Position numbers and translations under genes: made by a program. Of a stretch of 64,000 nucleotides of DNA, positions 43,481 to 58,600 are shown piece after piece (the stretch's first letter is position 1; each line of letters begins with the position of its first letter). Source of the DNA: Chrysomallon squamiferum (Eukaryota; Animalia; Mollusca); assembly GCA_012295275.1 (NCBI GenBank), contig CM022672.1, positions 35,402,001-35,466,000 of the forward strand, given 5' to 3'. The notes beneath the pieces were generated by a model. The model saw nothing but the letters and a program-made list of their open reading frames with translations, was not told the origin of the DNA and did no database searches.

Positions 43481-44789
43481 ACACTTAATTCAATACCTTT
43501 TAATGGTTGTAACTTAGAATATTTCACATCAGTAGTTTTTTCTAAAATTTTATTTTACACTTGTTAATGTTATCTTGAGTATTATTTATAACTTTTAATA
43601 GTGTTTTAATAATCCAATTCAACATTATTAAACATTACTAAACTATTTATCACATATCCAATAAAATAAAATGAATTTAATAAATTAAATCCATTTGAAT
43701 ATAATGAAGTCCATATAATTGTCCATTAAAATAGTGATATTTAATATAATTATATCCATTAAAATCAATTTAAATACAATGAAATTCAATAATATATTTA
43801 GTTCCATTTAAATCAAATGAAACTTAATATAATTATATCCTTAAAACAGCTAAATCTAATATCTACATCCATTAAAAAGCAATGAAAATGAATGTAATTA
43901 CATGCATAAGAAGTAGTTTTATAATAATGCTAATAAAGTTTGATCCAAAGTGCACTAAACTGAACAGTTCTGAGAGACTAAAACAAAGTTTTACTGGAAT
44001 CTGTTTTATCACTGGACAGCTGATTCTCTGTAATTAGCATTGATCAACCTTGACAAAACTAATCACCCCCACAGCAGAATCCCAGGGAGACACAAATCAT
44101 CAGCTCTCCCATGAGGCCACAGCAAACTCCCCAAAGCCCAGATGAGATCAGAAACTGCCCACAGCTGTAGAGTTTATGTAACTCCAAGACAAGACTGTAA
44201 AAATTATTCTGACATTGAAAAATAGAGCCCACTTTTCTCTCCATTGTCATCAGACAGTGCACTTTGTGCTAAGAGAAATTAGCTGTATGACTTTTGTGTG
44301 TTATAAATCAAATTATTCCATGATGTAACTTCTCCCTAATTAACCTATGTTGTGTCACACTGAAAATAAGTACAGTGTTTTTCAGTTTTATTTAGACACA
44401 CACACAGAACCTGTACACACATCATACATAACACACTCTCGCTCACTGTACAGTATCACACTGTACGTATCACACATACACACACTGTACATATCACACA
44501 TACACACACTGTACATATCACACATACACACACATACAAAGTGAACATACTGTCTGTACACACATGCCCACACACACCCATACATATATATATTTATTTA
44601 TTTAATGTTTATTTATTTATTTACTTATTTATTTAATGTTATTTTATTATTAATCATATGTGTGTATGTGTCTATGTATATATTTATATACATAACTAAA
44701 TAAAATTCCAAGAAACAGATTATAAAATGAAAATGTTAAGAACTAAATTATTAACCCTTTATTTTTAACAATAAAATAATAATATATAG

Positions 44790-44824
<35 letters not shown>

Positions 44825-45111
44825 CGTAGAAATAAGGCAAACACACACAACACACACACACACACACACACACAATAGATAGATAGATATATATCAAGAT
44901 TTTTTCTGGAAGGTACTGATATCCAGTCGTTTATAATTTATTACAATTACTAAACATCTTTTTCACCAACAGCATCTGTCCTTTAACATTTCATTATAAT
45001 TCCACTGCACTGTTTATGAGTGGATAATCTTTAGATATCCTATTTTACTTATTGTAATATTACTTACACAAGTGTGTTAATGTTAAAGCTGGTTGTTTAG
45101 GTTGTAATTAT

Positions 45112-45156
<45 letters not shown>

Positions 45157-45159
45157 CTC

Positions 45160-45205
<46 letters not shown>

Positions 45206-46247
45206 ACAAAACTCGGAACAAATTTGCAAACCACAAAAATATGAATATTTAAAAACAAACCTGTACAGGGTTAAGAACCTACATCAAAACTATTTCATTG
45301 AGAAAATATCATTCAAAAACCACTAAAAAAACAAAACCAAAAATAAAAATCAGCTTTGTGATACCCTGTTATAAAATTAATTCTGTCATTGTAAGTCAGC
45401 TAATAATTAACACAATTCTAAGACTAAATTGTGGGTGGAAAATTGGTATCCACAACAGCAAGCTTTCTTTTGTATTGTGAAGTCAGAACTGATTTTATCA
45501 TGGCCTTTATCAGTGATTAAACACAAATGACTCTGATAAAGTTTAGCATCCAGTTATAAAGATTTATAAACTGTGTGAAGACTGAAATCAGATGCCACCA
45601 TAAAACTTCATCCCTGCATCAACACTCAGCTTAAACCACTAATTACAAACAGAGTGTGACTGGTCCCAGTTTTATCTCATAAACAGATTTATTTTTAATT
45701 CCTCTCTATTTTTATTTTCATTGCTTGTTACTGTCGGGTGCCAGAGTAGAAGTAATATATCTACTGTTGTTGTTTTTGTTTGGTCAGCTTTTTGTTGTTG
45801 TTGTTGTTTTTTTCTTCTTTTTTTTTAGACATTTTGTTCTCAATGAGGAAATTTAGATTTACCATTGTGTTGCTTTTCCTTTCGGTTTTAACTCCTGTAA
45901 TACTATTCTGGGGCAATAAAATATTAATTCAAATAAACAAAAAATAATAACAGTGGAAAACAAAATTGGCTGGTAGCCAGTCTAATTTTCTTTTTACATT
46001 AGTGCTTTAACTCTGATGTGTTCTTCTTCTTAATTTGCTTTAATACAAATTTTGCTTTTTATATTACTATAATATTGCAACTCTAACAAAAAGAGGTGTA
46101 TTTTGTGCATATAGCAGTAAATTAAAAAGAAAAAAACTTAACAGGAAATTTTTGAATGAATTTTTTGTTCTTTGTAAATATTTTACTCAGTACTTTGTTA
46201 TGATGATTTTCTTAACCTCTGATTGCATGGTGTAAGATTACCTGCAG

Positions 46248-46291
<44 letters not shown>

Positions 46292-46715
46292 ATCTTTTCT
46301 TCTGAGATATATAATTATTTATTTTTATGGTCAGTTTACTGTTATGTTTCTGACACTTCAGTTATGTGAAAGTGCCTAACCTATAAACATTTTAATACTT
46401 TTAACTGTCGAAACTATATCTTATCAAATTCGCGGAATATATAAATATGTAAATTATAGTTTTAATGTCAAATCAACTTAACAACTAATAAATTATATGT
46501 AATTTCGAATGTTTTTGACATGTCCCCAAAAAGGCCCCTTTCGAATTACACCGTACCAAATGTTCGTTTTAATTAGTATTAACAAATACAGATAGTAATG
46601 ACAATATCAATTCGTTTATTAATATTAAAAATATAAATAATACGAACAAAACAAATATTATGTAATTCAAGAATCATTATAAAATGATCAATGTTTACAA
46701 TAAATTATAACTTGC

Positions 46716-46770
46716 CTGTAAACCATGTGAAAGGTCGATTTCCTGTTGTCATGCGCAGTGATTCATTCTT
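46716..46770 (-). other. ANAPC4: Putative non-coding first exon of ANAPC4 ending in a GC donor (CAG|GCAAGT); 5' end approximate
   Basis: The ATG exon has an acceptor, so an upstream exon is needed. This otherwise consensus donor sits at the edge of the CpG-rich promoter. Confidence 0.5.
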
Positions 46771-46849
46771 TAATGTCCAACCAAAGAGACTTGCACAAGA
46801 TGAATGCGGATCCGTTATCCAATCAAATGTCTTGACTTAAATCAAACAG

Positions 46850-47017
46850 CCGACGAAGGTGCGAGGATAAACGAAGCGGTTATTTCAATCGCAGAATATT
46901 TTAATGGTTTTTTTTGACAGTTTTTGTAGCTTGTTAAGACATTTTAAAGAAATCTCTTTCATTTGGACTAATAACGTTTGGATGTATAAGTTTATGAGCT
47001 AGTTACAATAAAACAAG
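46850..47017 (+). other. ARHGAP19: Putative non-coding first exon of the ARHGAP19-like gene; 5' end approximate
   Basis: Strong donor AAG|GTAAGG at 47018; the ATG exon at 53270 begins with an acceptor. Confidence 0.55.
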
Positions 47018-50000
47018 GTAAGGATAATTTTGATTGACCAAAGCATAATTTTGTCTGTCAGTTTGAACATAACCAAAAAAACGTTAACTGTCAAAATTAT
47101 CCGATTATGAGAGACGCCGATTTTCTCCTAACCGTACACCTCTTTCCATTTCGTCCGTCCGTTCTATTTCTTCATGATTATATCTGGAATTTTATCATTC
47201 TTTAGAACAAGAATTTTTTATTATTATTTTATTTTTATTTATTATTATTGTTGTTTGATTTTTTCTTTCTTTAATTATTGATTTTTTTATTATTTAATTT
47301 GATGAGTTAGCCAAGTATTCATTTATTTAACTTATTATCTTTTTTATCTTTTTGTTGTATTATATAGTTTGTATATGTGTGTCTGTGTCTGGGTGTGTGT
47401 GTGTGAATTTATCATTAAATGATTAATATTCTTTACAAGAACATTTATTGTAATAGCTAATGGTGTTACTAAAATATTTTATTTTAAATTATTCTCAAAA
47501 ACATACAATGGAAAGCAAAACCACCAGTAAAACTATATCATTTCTAGAAACTGTTCAGAGTTTGATAGGATAATGTTGACTCCATTATGGACACTGCTTG
47601 AGAAAGCTGAATGATTGACAGGGTTTGATGCCTGCCACAAGAATCAAGGAATCATTCCCATGAGGCTGACCTTTATATACCCTTAAAGATATTTCGTCAT
47701 GCTTCAGTGCACTTCCTAAGAGCTGATTCTTCAGAAGTTTTCACAGTGAAACATTCTTAGAGGGAAACTGAGCCTGCGTCAAAGAGTGGACTGCATCACT
47801 GTTTTTATTATTTAATAGTTTGGGGACTTGAAGTGACTGTGCTGATAAAAGTGCCATGAATGCCAGTAATTTATGTTTTTGTATCTAGGAATCACAAATT
47901 ATCTGCATATGGACACAGAACTGTTGTATATGAATTGTGATGTGTTGACAAATATCTCGAATAAATGGACCTTTTTCATTCAGCACCAGGCTACTGCCCC
48001 GAGATGTAATTTATTAAAGGCTGTGAATGAACCTTCCTGTTTGTTTTTGTGGAGTTATCGGTAGTAGCAGCTGGGTCTCTTAGATAATACAAGATGTCAG
48101 TATTAATAACCCCTTAAAATCTTATATTTGCCTTTTTCTTCTTTCATTATAATAGTAATATTTACAAAGTATTTTCAAATATACTGACATGTCTATTTAA
48201 AAATGTCTATTTTCCTGAAAATCAATTATAAATAACGTTTTTAAAGTAAGGCTGTGAATTTGTGAATCATTAAATAATAATAACCAAACTGGAAAGAGAA
48301 GTATGCTCTGGGTCAAGAGATATTTATTTTCAAATGTTTGCTATTTTCACATGCTAATCAAACTAAATTCTTTCACTGATTTCAGAAGTGAATTCTGTTT
48401 AATTCATTTTTTATTTTTTATTTTTTATTTTAATTTTATTGTTAAAATAAATACAGACTTTCCTTAAAATGTAGGAAATCCTTGTATAACTGTAAACAGA
48501 CATTCACTGATGTGTTTCCAGTACACCTGTGATAGTTCACATTGTACCTGTATTAGTATCTCATGGCCTGTGGTTAAAAAAATTGGTGTTACTTTGTGTT
48601 TCTTAGGTCCATACTTCCTTTGACCATCACTTGATTGCTGGCCCGAAGCTTGGTCATCTCAAGGTGGTGAGGTGTCACAATGGGAGATACAAATCACAAG
48701 AAGCACTAAAGTATTCAGCGTGCAGTTGGCTACTTGCAGTCCTCACTGCCCTGGGCTCTTTATCCCCTGGCTATCATGCATCAGTGCTGATTGATTGGCC
48801 ATAGCCCAGACCCCTATTGTGATCCCTTCAGTGGCCCGTCCAATCAGCAGGTCCTGCCTCTCTACTTGGATGCCAACACTTGGGTGATTGTAATTAGTTT
48901 TGCAGCACAGTTAGCCTGTTCAGTCCCTGACCAGACACACACACACACAGTACTGCTTTCCCCTACTGTTTGACATCTTCCAGCAATTAGCTGTGTCACA
49001 TGGATTAACCCACCATACTGAGGATACACTCTTTCTACAAGATCTGTTCACTCTTAGATCTGTACTGAAGATTCTTTTCTTATTGGATATACATTATTTT
49101 CTCTTTTTTTATGAAACACAGAGAAACATGCCAGGTGAATTTATAGATTATATTTTAACTTTAGTAACAAGTTTAGTTTCTGTTACATTAATATCCTGAA
49201 TGTATTATTATATACTTAAAAATAATTTATTTTATTTTTTGTTTTTATTTTTATTTATTTGTTTATTATTGGTTAGTTTTTGCTAATAATACTGTATGGT
49301 AGTCACATTATAAGATTGTGTGAATACACGAAGCCTGTCATTGAGTATTTGTTGTACCTAACATTTCTTAAAAGAAAACTAAAAGAAAAAAATCCATTTA
49401 GACTGAATATTATGATATCACTATGACAAGACTATTCATCACTAAACATGTTCTTATTTCATTTGACCATCACATGCACTCACTAACCTACTATTCCAAC
49501 CCTTGTTATTAATAATGATCCTTAGCATTAAATCAGTTTCAAAACTATATTTTCAACATACAGTAACAAATCCAATTAATGTTTCATTAATTGATATTTA
49601 ATTGATACCTAACAGTTTTCTGTTTTCTCATTTACACATCTAATACAGAATGCTACATTTAACTGTTACTATAACATACCTTTGTATAACAAAATTACTG
49701 CAGCAAAAGTTTTACTGAAGGAGTAATCAATAAATTAACAACACTTTTTGTCTCTCTCACTCTTTCTCCCTCTCTCTCTTTCTCTCTCTTCCTCTCTATC
49801 TCACTATTTTTCTGTATCATTTTGTCTCTCTTTTTTTTCTATCTCTCACTATTTCTCTGTATCTTTTCTCCTTTTTTCTCTCTCTCTTCCTATCTCACTG
49901 TATTTCTATGTATCTTTCTCTCACTGTCGCTTTCAGATTCTGTACCTCAATGGTTAGAAGCATTGTTTGCAGCACTGATCAGGATGTTTGTTAAAGATAG

Positions 50001-50519
50001 TTCTTCCTACCTGACTGATTTATCATAAGCTTTTGAAAAGTACTTTCTTTATTAATGTTTTTTTAAATGTTTTTTAATAATATATTTTTATAATAAAATG
50101 AAAACATACACGTTCACTCTTGTCAAATAATAGAAAGTTCAAATCAGTTATATTAATTATAAGGAAGTTAATGAATATTAAGAAATTTGTTCTTGTTTAT
50201 CTAGTTGAAAATGCTTTTCGAATTGATTTATAATGAAGTGAGTGATGAAGAGAGAAAGAGGAAGTATGCTTCATTTTATGTTAATTTTTGTGTATCTCAT
50301 GCTAGGACGGACCAATGAGGAGATATATTTTGTGTTAATTTTTTATATAAGAATTGAGAGATATCTTCAGTTTATGTTTACTGATGATAAAAAGAGTGAT
50401 ATGCATTGGTTTATTTTGTTAGTTTGATGACAGGGAGCAAGAGGAGACAAGCTTCATTTTATATTAATTTTTATGAGAGAATGAACAGAAAATGCACTTC
50501 AGTTTATGTTCATTTTGGT

Positions 50520-50608
<89 letters not shown>

Positions 50609-53271
50609 CTGGTTATTTGATGATGAGAGACAGTGTTTCATTAAAAGGGGCTGACAACTGTTAACAAGCTGCCTCTAATTGTTTTCAATACATTACTAGT
50701 TGAAATATGGCAGCTCCACCAGATGTGATGACAGCCACACCCAGGTGATAATTTCCTAACAACCCTGATCAGAGTTTGGCAAGCACTGGTAACTGCTACC
50801 TGCACTCAACACAACAATGGCAATTGTCTAATTAATGTGCATACAGCTTGTTTTCATTAACATTAACAAAACAACCTATAAAATAAAAAATAGTTGAATA
50901 TTTATAAAAGCTCAACAGACAGTAATTAGAGAAATATGTTTTTGTTTTGTTTGAAACAGTGCTTAATGAGGAAACAGACTAAGTATTAACACAACAGTAT
51001 ACTGTTTGTGTGTGTTAATTACAAACACACCATTTTTAAATACATTTTTATTGACTGCAACTGTACCAATAGATGTATTTAACAGTTTTCAACCAGCTGT
51101 AGAGGTAAAAAAGGAAATTGTCTAAACTAAAAATATCCAAAGCCGCAGTTGCTATTTTGAAATTTTACTTTGATTAGTTGTTAATACAACTTTGAGTTGC
51201 TGTAGACATCTGTGAAACTATATAAAAATTAATTTATCTGCTTTGAAGGAAATCTTTGCCTTGGTGCCTAACATTTCTGATTAAACCTAAGCAAAATTAG
51301 AGATAAAACATAATAAAGAAAAAAGTTAATTTGAAGCCTAAATGCTTATTTATAATGAGGAATTTTTGTTGTTGCTGTTTTATCTATGCTGTAAATAGCT
51401 CTTCTATTTTTTCTCTTCCTTTTCCTTTTTAGTTTATTTATTTATTTACTTTTTTCTTTCTGTTTTCCACTGGCATCACAGTTTTGTAATTGTGCATCTA
51501 TTATTAACAAACTGAGTTCAGTGACTGTTAAGTTTTCTTTACATGCTAAGATATACTGCCAGGTTTTTTAACCAGTCAACTGTGAACACAGCTAATTTGG
51601 AAATAACTTGGTGCATAGTAAATAAGTCTTGATAATTAGCATGTTGATGTTTTTCTGCTTGAATTATCTTCTCTCTTCTTTTTTTTTACATTTTAGGGGC
51701 ATTTATATATTTTTTATTTTATTTTTTTTATTATTTGACAAATGACACTTCCTCACCAACTTACTTGGGTACTAGCTAGAGAGAGTACCTCAGAAATGAT
51801 AATATATATAAATATTATCCATCATATATAAAATAAAATTTAAATAACAATCTGACAAACAGAATCTTTTCATTTTTTCATCATATTTAATGGTTTTTAT
51901 TATTTATTTTTTTCTAAAGATTTTTGAAACTGCTAAGACAAAAGTTTTTAAAGAAGGATGTCAAATTTTCTGTCATATACTGTTGTATAAGGTTAAAAGT
52001 TTTAGTTTTCTTTTGTAAAAAAAAAAAAAGAAAAAATGAAGCAGAAAAAAACAATTATTTTCCTGGGTGAAGAAGCTGTTTCAACTGTACATATAAAACA
52101 GAAGGATGAGTAATTTAAACCATGTGATAATTTGACAAAAACATCACTGATCAGACATCCACTGGGAAAACACTAGATGTGGGAAAGAGATGCCTGTAAT
52201 GGAAGTGTCACTGTTTTCTGTGCAGATCAAAAGAACTTCTTCCCAGTTCAGAAAGATATTGCCTTACACTTTCTACACTGCTGCACACATATTTCACCTG
52301 GGGCTTTTTTTTAGTGTTTTGTCACTGCCTCCATTTCACAGTGCTTGCATAACTACAGTGGCCATTTTGTCTAATAAACACTTATAATTAGCTGTAACTT
52401 CAAAGATCAATACTCCTTTCTCACAGTTTGGAGGATTACTGCTTGAAGAAAGCTGAATTATTTTTCTAGATTAAAAGATTATCTCAACTGAAGAGATTAT
52501 CACACCTATTATCTTTTTATCTTCTGCTGTCTTGTCAGAAAAACAATCTTCAGGCTCTTTTACAGTTAGGATTATAAGTTATAAACTGGAGGTTGTTAAA
52601 TTACCAAACTTAAAAGCCGAGAATCAGCTGCTGCATATTTTGTATAGAAATTTATGGTAGCAAACTGAATGATGTCTCATAATATTACAGCTAGCCATAA
52701 ATAGCCGATAATACTAAAACTGTCTGTAATAGCCCAAACTAAAGTCAGCATGCAAACTTCTGTTAAACAGACCCAGAATAGGTTTCTCTATTTTAATTTT
52801 AAAAATTTTGTTTTTGTTTTTTTTATTGTTGTTTTCTTTTCTTTACACTATTTTTCAAAATTTTATCAAATACAAACAAGAAATTTTAAAAGTAATACAT
52901 TATGAACATTTGATATTACAAATAGATATTAATTAGAAAGATTTAAAATGGATTTTACTTTTTTCTTCTTTTTAATTTATTTATTTAATGCAAATGAAGT
53001 GACTCATTAGTTGATTATAGTTCATATGAAAATATTCGACAACACATAAATGACATTTGTAATTTTATAAAATGTGTTTCCATGGTAACAGCAAGCTTCT
53101 GTTAACTTTCATTATTTTTCAACATATCTTAAAAATTGCAAAATGCATTTGTGGGGTTTTCTTCATCAAAATATTTTTAAAAACTAGCGAATTTTTACAG
53201 TAATTACCACTCCAGAGAATAATTTTTAAACTTTTAAATTTTAAAATTATAAAATTTTAAATTTTTCAGTA

Positions 53272-53482
53272 ATGTCTTCATCAACCATCCGTCGCAGACA
53301 GACGGAGGAAGAGAAAAACGTGCATCGACTGCGCAACGTGATGCCAGACAAGCTGGCCGCCATGTGCAAAATGCATTTGTCTTTCATCCTGGATCTGAAC
53401 GGAACCAAACTGGATGAGCTGCAGGACGGAGAAACCAAACATGAAAAGAAGCGTGGGTGTACATCATCTTCAAAAAAAAAAG
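53272..53482 (+). CDS. ARHGAP19: ARHGAP19-like coding exon 1
   Basis: Acceptor at 53269, ATG at 53272, donor at 53483. Confidence 0.85.
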
Positions 53483-55644
53483 GTTTGTAAATTATTTTAT
53501 ACATATTTCACTTGATCTTTATTCTTTCTTTTTACTTGTTCATTTTTGTAAGTTTGTAATTTTGTATAATTAATTTTAAAAATTGTTATTTGTTTATCTT
53601 TTTTCATTTCTTCTCACTTTTTCTCTTCTTTTCTGAAAAATAAATTTTGTCTTAATTTTATTTTTATTATTGTTATTGTTATTTATTTATTTTATAATTT
53701 TTGTTTTTAAATGTGTCTGTTAATAGTTAAAACTGTTTTTAGTAATCATTTCCATTAGTTAATTATTATAAACATCTTACCAGTAAGATTAAAATAAATA
53801 GGTGAAAATGTTAAATTAACAATATAATGGTTTTCACATACTCAGATTTCTAGATTTATGCAAATTTGTTAAATGTGATTAATATATGTCATGTAGTTCT
53901 ACCAGTGGTAATGTTGTAGGTTTAAATCAGATTATCTGTCTTTTATATAATGTTACTTACAATCTAATATCTCAAAGGTCTGTTTTTCATCCTTCATGAA
54001 TGAAGCTTGTAGCTGTATGTAAGATTGTGTGTGGGTGAAGTAACATTATGCTGAAGTTAGTTCAAATTATATCACTTGCTGATTACTCATTACCTTATCA
54101 GGGAACAGGCCCCAACCAAATTCAAAATGAAATCTCTTTAGATCTCCACTTTCAAGAATTCATTTTATTCCCTCTTTTATTTGAAAGGATTTTTATGTCA
54201 TTGTCCCAAAGGCCACTTGGTTGTGGGTTTGTGGGATGTCATTGAGAGTGGACTGTTTAAATCAGCTGGGTGCCACATTCAGGCTGATCCCTGGTCCAGC
54301 CCCTACATCTAATGGTTGACTAGCGAGATTGGAGATAGTAGTTTCAATATCTTTTCACTGCTGGAGAAAGACAAAGAGTCTATTGTAATCCACAGGACAC
54401 TGACTATTCAATTGGGCCTTCATTAGACTTGTCTTGTCTGCAGTTTATGTGGGCCAAGTAGTTGTTTTACTGCCCCTGTCTTTGATGTGACATCTGACGA
54501 AACATTAAACTCTGAAGATATTCACTACTTTATCTTTATGGACAGTGGAGATTATCTCTTTTTTATGTGTTTACACATGATAAACCACAAGTTTAAACAA
54601 AATAATGATTCTTTTATGGGATTGAACAGAATTCTGCAGCCTTTTCCAGTTGTAAATAATACCAACTCATTTTAAAAGTAAATATTTGCAGCAGAATGTT
54701 ATTTTGTTAATAAAATTCTTATTATTATTTTTATTATATTACATTTTTTAACCGAATTAAATTTAAACATAGATTTAGGTGACTGATAAAAATAAATTAA
54801 TTAATTAAAAAATATAGCTTTGATTAGCAAGTATTTCTCTATCTTTAATTTAAAATTTTAATAAATGTTTTTAAAAATAGGTTTTAACCACACAGATGTA
54901 GCTTATTACAATGAAATTTTTTTTTTTTTTTCTTTTTTTAAATTTTTTAATTTAAAAAAAAAAGTCATCCACATAAAAATGTATAAAAGAAAATGATTTA
55001 GCCCAGGAAACGTGACAGAAATGGATTTCACACAGATTTAATGTTCTGCAAGATGACTTCTACTGACCTCGTATCACAACCACATAGTTAGCAGATTTAC
55101 TCAATACTGAAACTTCATGTACAGCATCATAAATGGCATCTCTGTTTCACTGTTGATGACATAAAATTGTATATTTTACATTTAATTGGTATAAATTTGA
55201 CATACTTAATTGCATTTATAAGAGAGGAATTAATGTGTAAACGAAACTTATTTGTGCAATAAAATATTTTCAAGTTAATTTACATGTTAACTTTTTTTAT
55301 TTGTTTTGCATTTTATAATTTTTCTGCAGAACATTTTGTGTGTATGTGTGTGGTGCTCAATATTAATATATATATATATATAGATAAAGATATATATTTA
55401 AAATTTGGGGTTTATTTTGGATAAGAACCTATTTGAGCCATGTGTAAATGATGAAGATGTTGCTGAAAATTATATTGTGTGTGTGTTTATTTGTGATAAA
55501 AGTCTGTTTAGAGACTGTCTAAATGAAGAACATATTACAGAATGTGTGTGTGTGTTAAACTGTTTATTTCAGATAAGAGTCTAAATAAGTAAATGTTGCT
55601 GAAAATTTTGTGTTTATTTTGTTAATGAATATATATATATATGA

Positions 55645-55693
<49 letters not shown>

Positions 55694-58600
55694 AAACTGT
55701 TTTTTTCAGATAAGAGTTTGTTTGGAGACTGTCTAAATGAAGAAAATGTTGCCCAGATTTATCAGCTCATTGAGTTCCTAGGAAGACCAGAAAGTAAATA
55801 TTTATATTTTTAATTAACAAAATTACCTGTTTATTCAAATCATAATTAACAATTTTTCCATCAAAGAAATTTTAAATTGTAAAGAGGTACCTTTTACTGA
55901 TTGCATGATTCATAATAATAATAATTGTTGGTATCTAAAATGAATATATTGAAATAATTTTTGAAAATATATATATAATTAAAAAGTATTGTAAATATAA
56001 AGAAAATACATTTTCTGAGATTTTTTTTTCACTGTAAGGAATTATTTAATACTATATTATTAAATTCTTATTATTCAGTTATAGTGTTTAATTTCTGTTA
56101 TTAATGTCTGTTATATTAATTGTATATGTAATAAATTTAATTTAAATATTTTTTAAATTCTGGGGTTTTTTACTGTAGGAATTGTTTAATTACTATATTA
56201 TTATTACTGAACTACAGTGTTTAGTTTCTGTTATAAATGTCTGTTTTATATTAACTGAATTTATAATAAATTTAAATAAATATTTTTTTGTTTAAGATAT
56301 AAAAACTGAAGGTCTGTTTCGGAAGTCAGGCAACGTCTGTCGACAGAGACATCTGAAACAACTTCTCAACCAGAACGCGTCCAACCTCGGCCTGGAGGAC
56401 GGGACGTTTTCACCCCACGACTGTGCAGCCACCCTGAAACACTACCTGTCAGAACTACCCGAGCCGCTGCTCACTGAGAGACACACAGAGGCACACAGAC
56501 AAGTCATTGGTGAGAGACATTTGCATTAAAAATACGTGTCTTGATATCTTCATGTATAACAAAGAATCAGTAACAGATATGATTACAGGAAAACATTTCT
56601 TTACAGATATATATACATATATATATAAAATCATATCTTGTATCTGTGTGTTTGTGTGTGTGTGTGTGTTATCTTCAAAGAAAAGAATTCTATTTCTATT
56701 TGCTTTTTTTTATTATATAATTAGTTTTATCAGATATTCTCGGTAATTTTTGAAAGAAAATTTTAAGAATTGATTTTACTATTTATATCATTCATGGAGA
56801 CAAATTACTATATAGTTATTGTTATTTTTGTCTTCTTAAAATGTAATTTCCCATGTTAACTGTTAAAAAAGACAACAGCAACAACATGATTTATTTTCTT
56901 ATTATTTTAATTTACTGTAGGTAAATTCAATGTAACTGTTGTTTTCTAGAACTGCCTAACAATCTGATGAATTCTGCAAAGAGTCGAGTCAGAGAAAAGC
57001 AGCTGAAAGCGATGCAGCTGTTGATTCTGCTGTTGCCGAGGGAAAATGCCCTGCTACTCGAATGTCTGCTGGACCTGCTGTACCGAGTCTCCATGGTTAC
57101 AGAAAACATGATGACTGCAGAGGCTCTTGGCACTATTTTTGCTCCTTCTCTCCTTTGCTCAAAGAAGGTAAATAAAAACTTAACATTTCAAAACTTTAAA
57201 AACTCATTTTCTTTACTGATATAAGTTTTGTGACTCTTTTTTTTTGTTCTGTTCTTCTGTTCCTTTTGAATACATCTCCACTCTATATTTATAAATTCTT
57301 AACAATCCTAAATTGACATAAAGCATGCAAGAAATTTCTATAAATATAAACGTAATTTATTTTAGCAGATGCACCAAATTAAAAAAGTTACATAGTCTAG
57401 TTAATTTGCATAACTGAACATGTGATTTTTATTTTTATTTTTTTTGATAAATTAATGGTTATAAATTTGTTTTAAAAATTGAAATTTTTCTAATCTTGTT
57501 GATGTTTTTTCTTTGCTTTCAGTTGTCACCAACAGAATTTCACATAGAATCCTGCCATTCCACAAAAATTGTTTCCTTTTTAATAGAGAACACCCACCAC
57601 CTGTTCACGGTTTGTTTAAAAATAAACTTTTATATTAAATTTATCAAAATCATTTGCAGTAAAAAAAAAATTAATATTAAAGCCATGTTAATGTTAGTGA
57701 ATTTTTTAAGGTTTGTTAATCAGTTGTTTTTGGTTTTGTTTCACTGTCAAGTCAAATATTTTTATTTTTATTTTTTTTTTTTTTTTTTGGTTTTTTATTA
57801 ATAGAATTCTTGCAATGGAATATTTTTTGAAGAAAATTCAAATGTTTATAAAACTGTTTTGTTCAGATACCTCGAGAGCTGGCAGTTGATGTAGCAAACT
57901 TCTGGACGAAGATGGAAACTCCAGACTACAATCACGACAAATGTGACATGCAGAAAATCAGCAGTCACTTCAAGGCAAAGGTAACTTGTCTTTAAATTTC
58001 CTTTTATTCTTGTTTATTCTTTGAGTCAAAATGAAAACTAACATTTAGTTAAATGTCCTGAGAGAAAATAAATTTATTTCAAAATTGGCCAAAATTTTCT
58101 TAAAAGTGTATAATGAAAGATAGCTTTTATTGATTAATATTTCAATAAAAGAAAGATTTGAAGTTTTGTGACAATTACAAGAAAACAATAATTTATTTTG
58201 TTACAAATGAAATTTCCCTAAGACACTTATAGCTAGTCAGTCCTACAGACAAAAATAACATGAAATGTAATAAAACATGCAAAAACAAATATTTCAAATA
58301 CAAAACATAATATCATTACAAAAAGATTGAAAATGAATGTATATTTTTATTAATATTATATTACATTTCACTACACAGTTTAAAACTGGATATTTCAAAT
58401 ACAAAGAGTAATATTACATAAAGACTGAAATGGAATGAATATTTTTATTAATATTATATTACATTTCACTACATGGTTTAAAAATACAAAGTACTATAAA
58501 GAGAGAAGTAATGTTAATGTTTTACAGAAGTGTAGCAGTGATGCTGACGGCCCACCCATCTCCACTGTTGTCAACTACACCATCAACCGCCACACCCCTA

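Larger units (their letters stand above)
46400..47165. promoter_or_regulatory. CpG-rich bidirectional promoter shared by ANAPC4 and the ARHGAP19-like gene
   Basis: Visible CpG enrichment against a depleted background; ETS-like TTTCCTG (~46739), NRF1-like ATGCGCA (46751), CCAATCA (46819); outward-facing splice donors at 46715 (-) and 47018 (+). Confidence 0.65.
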
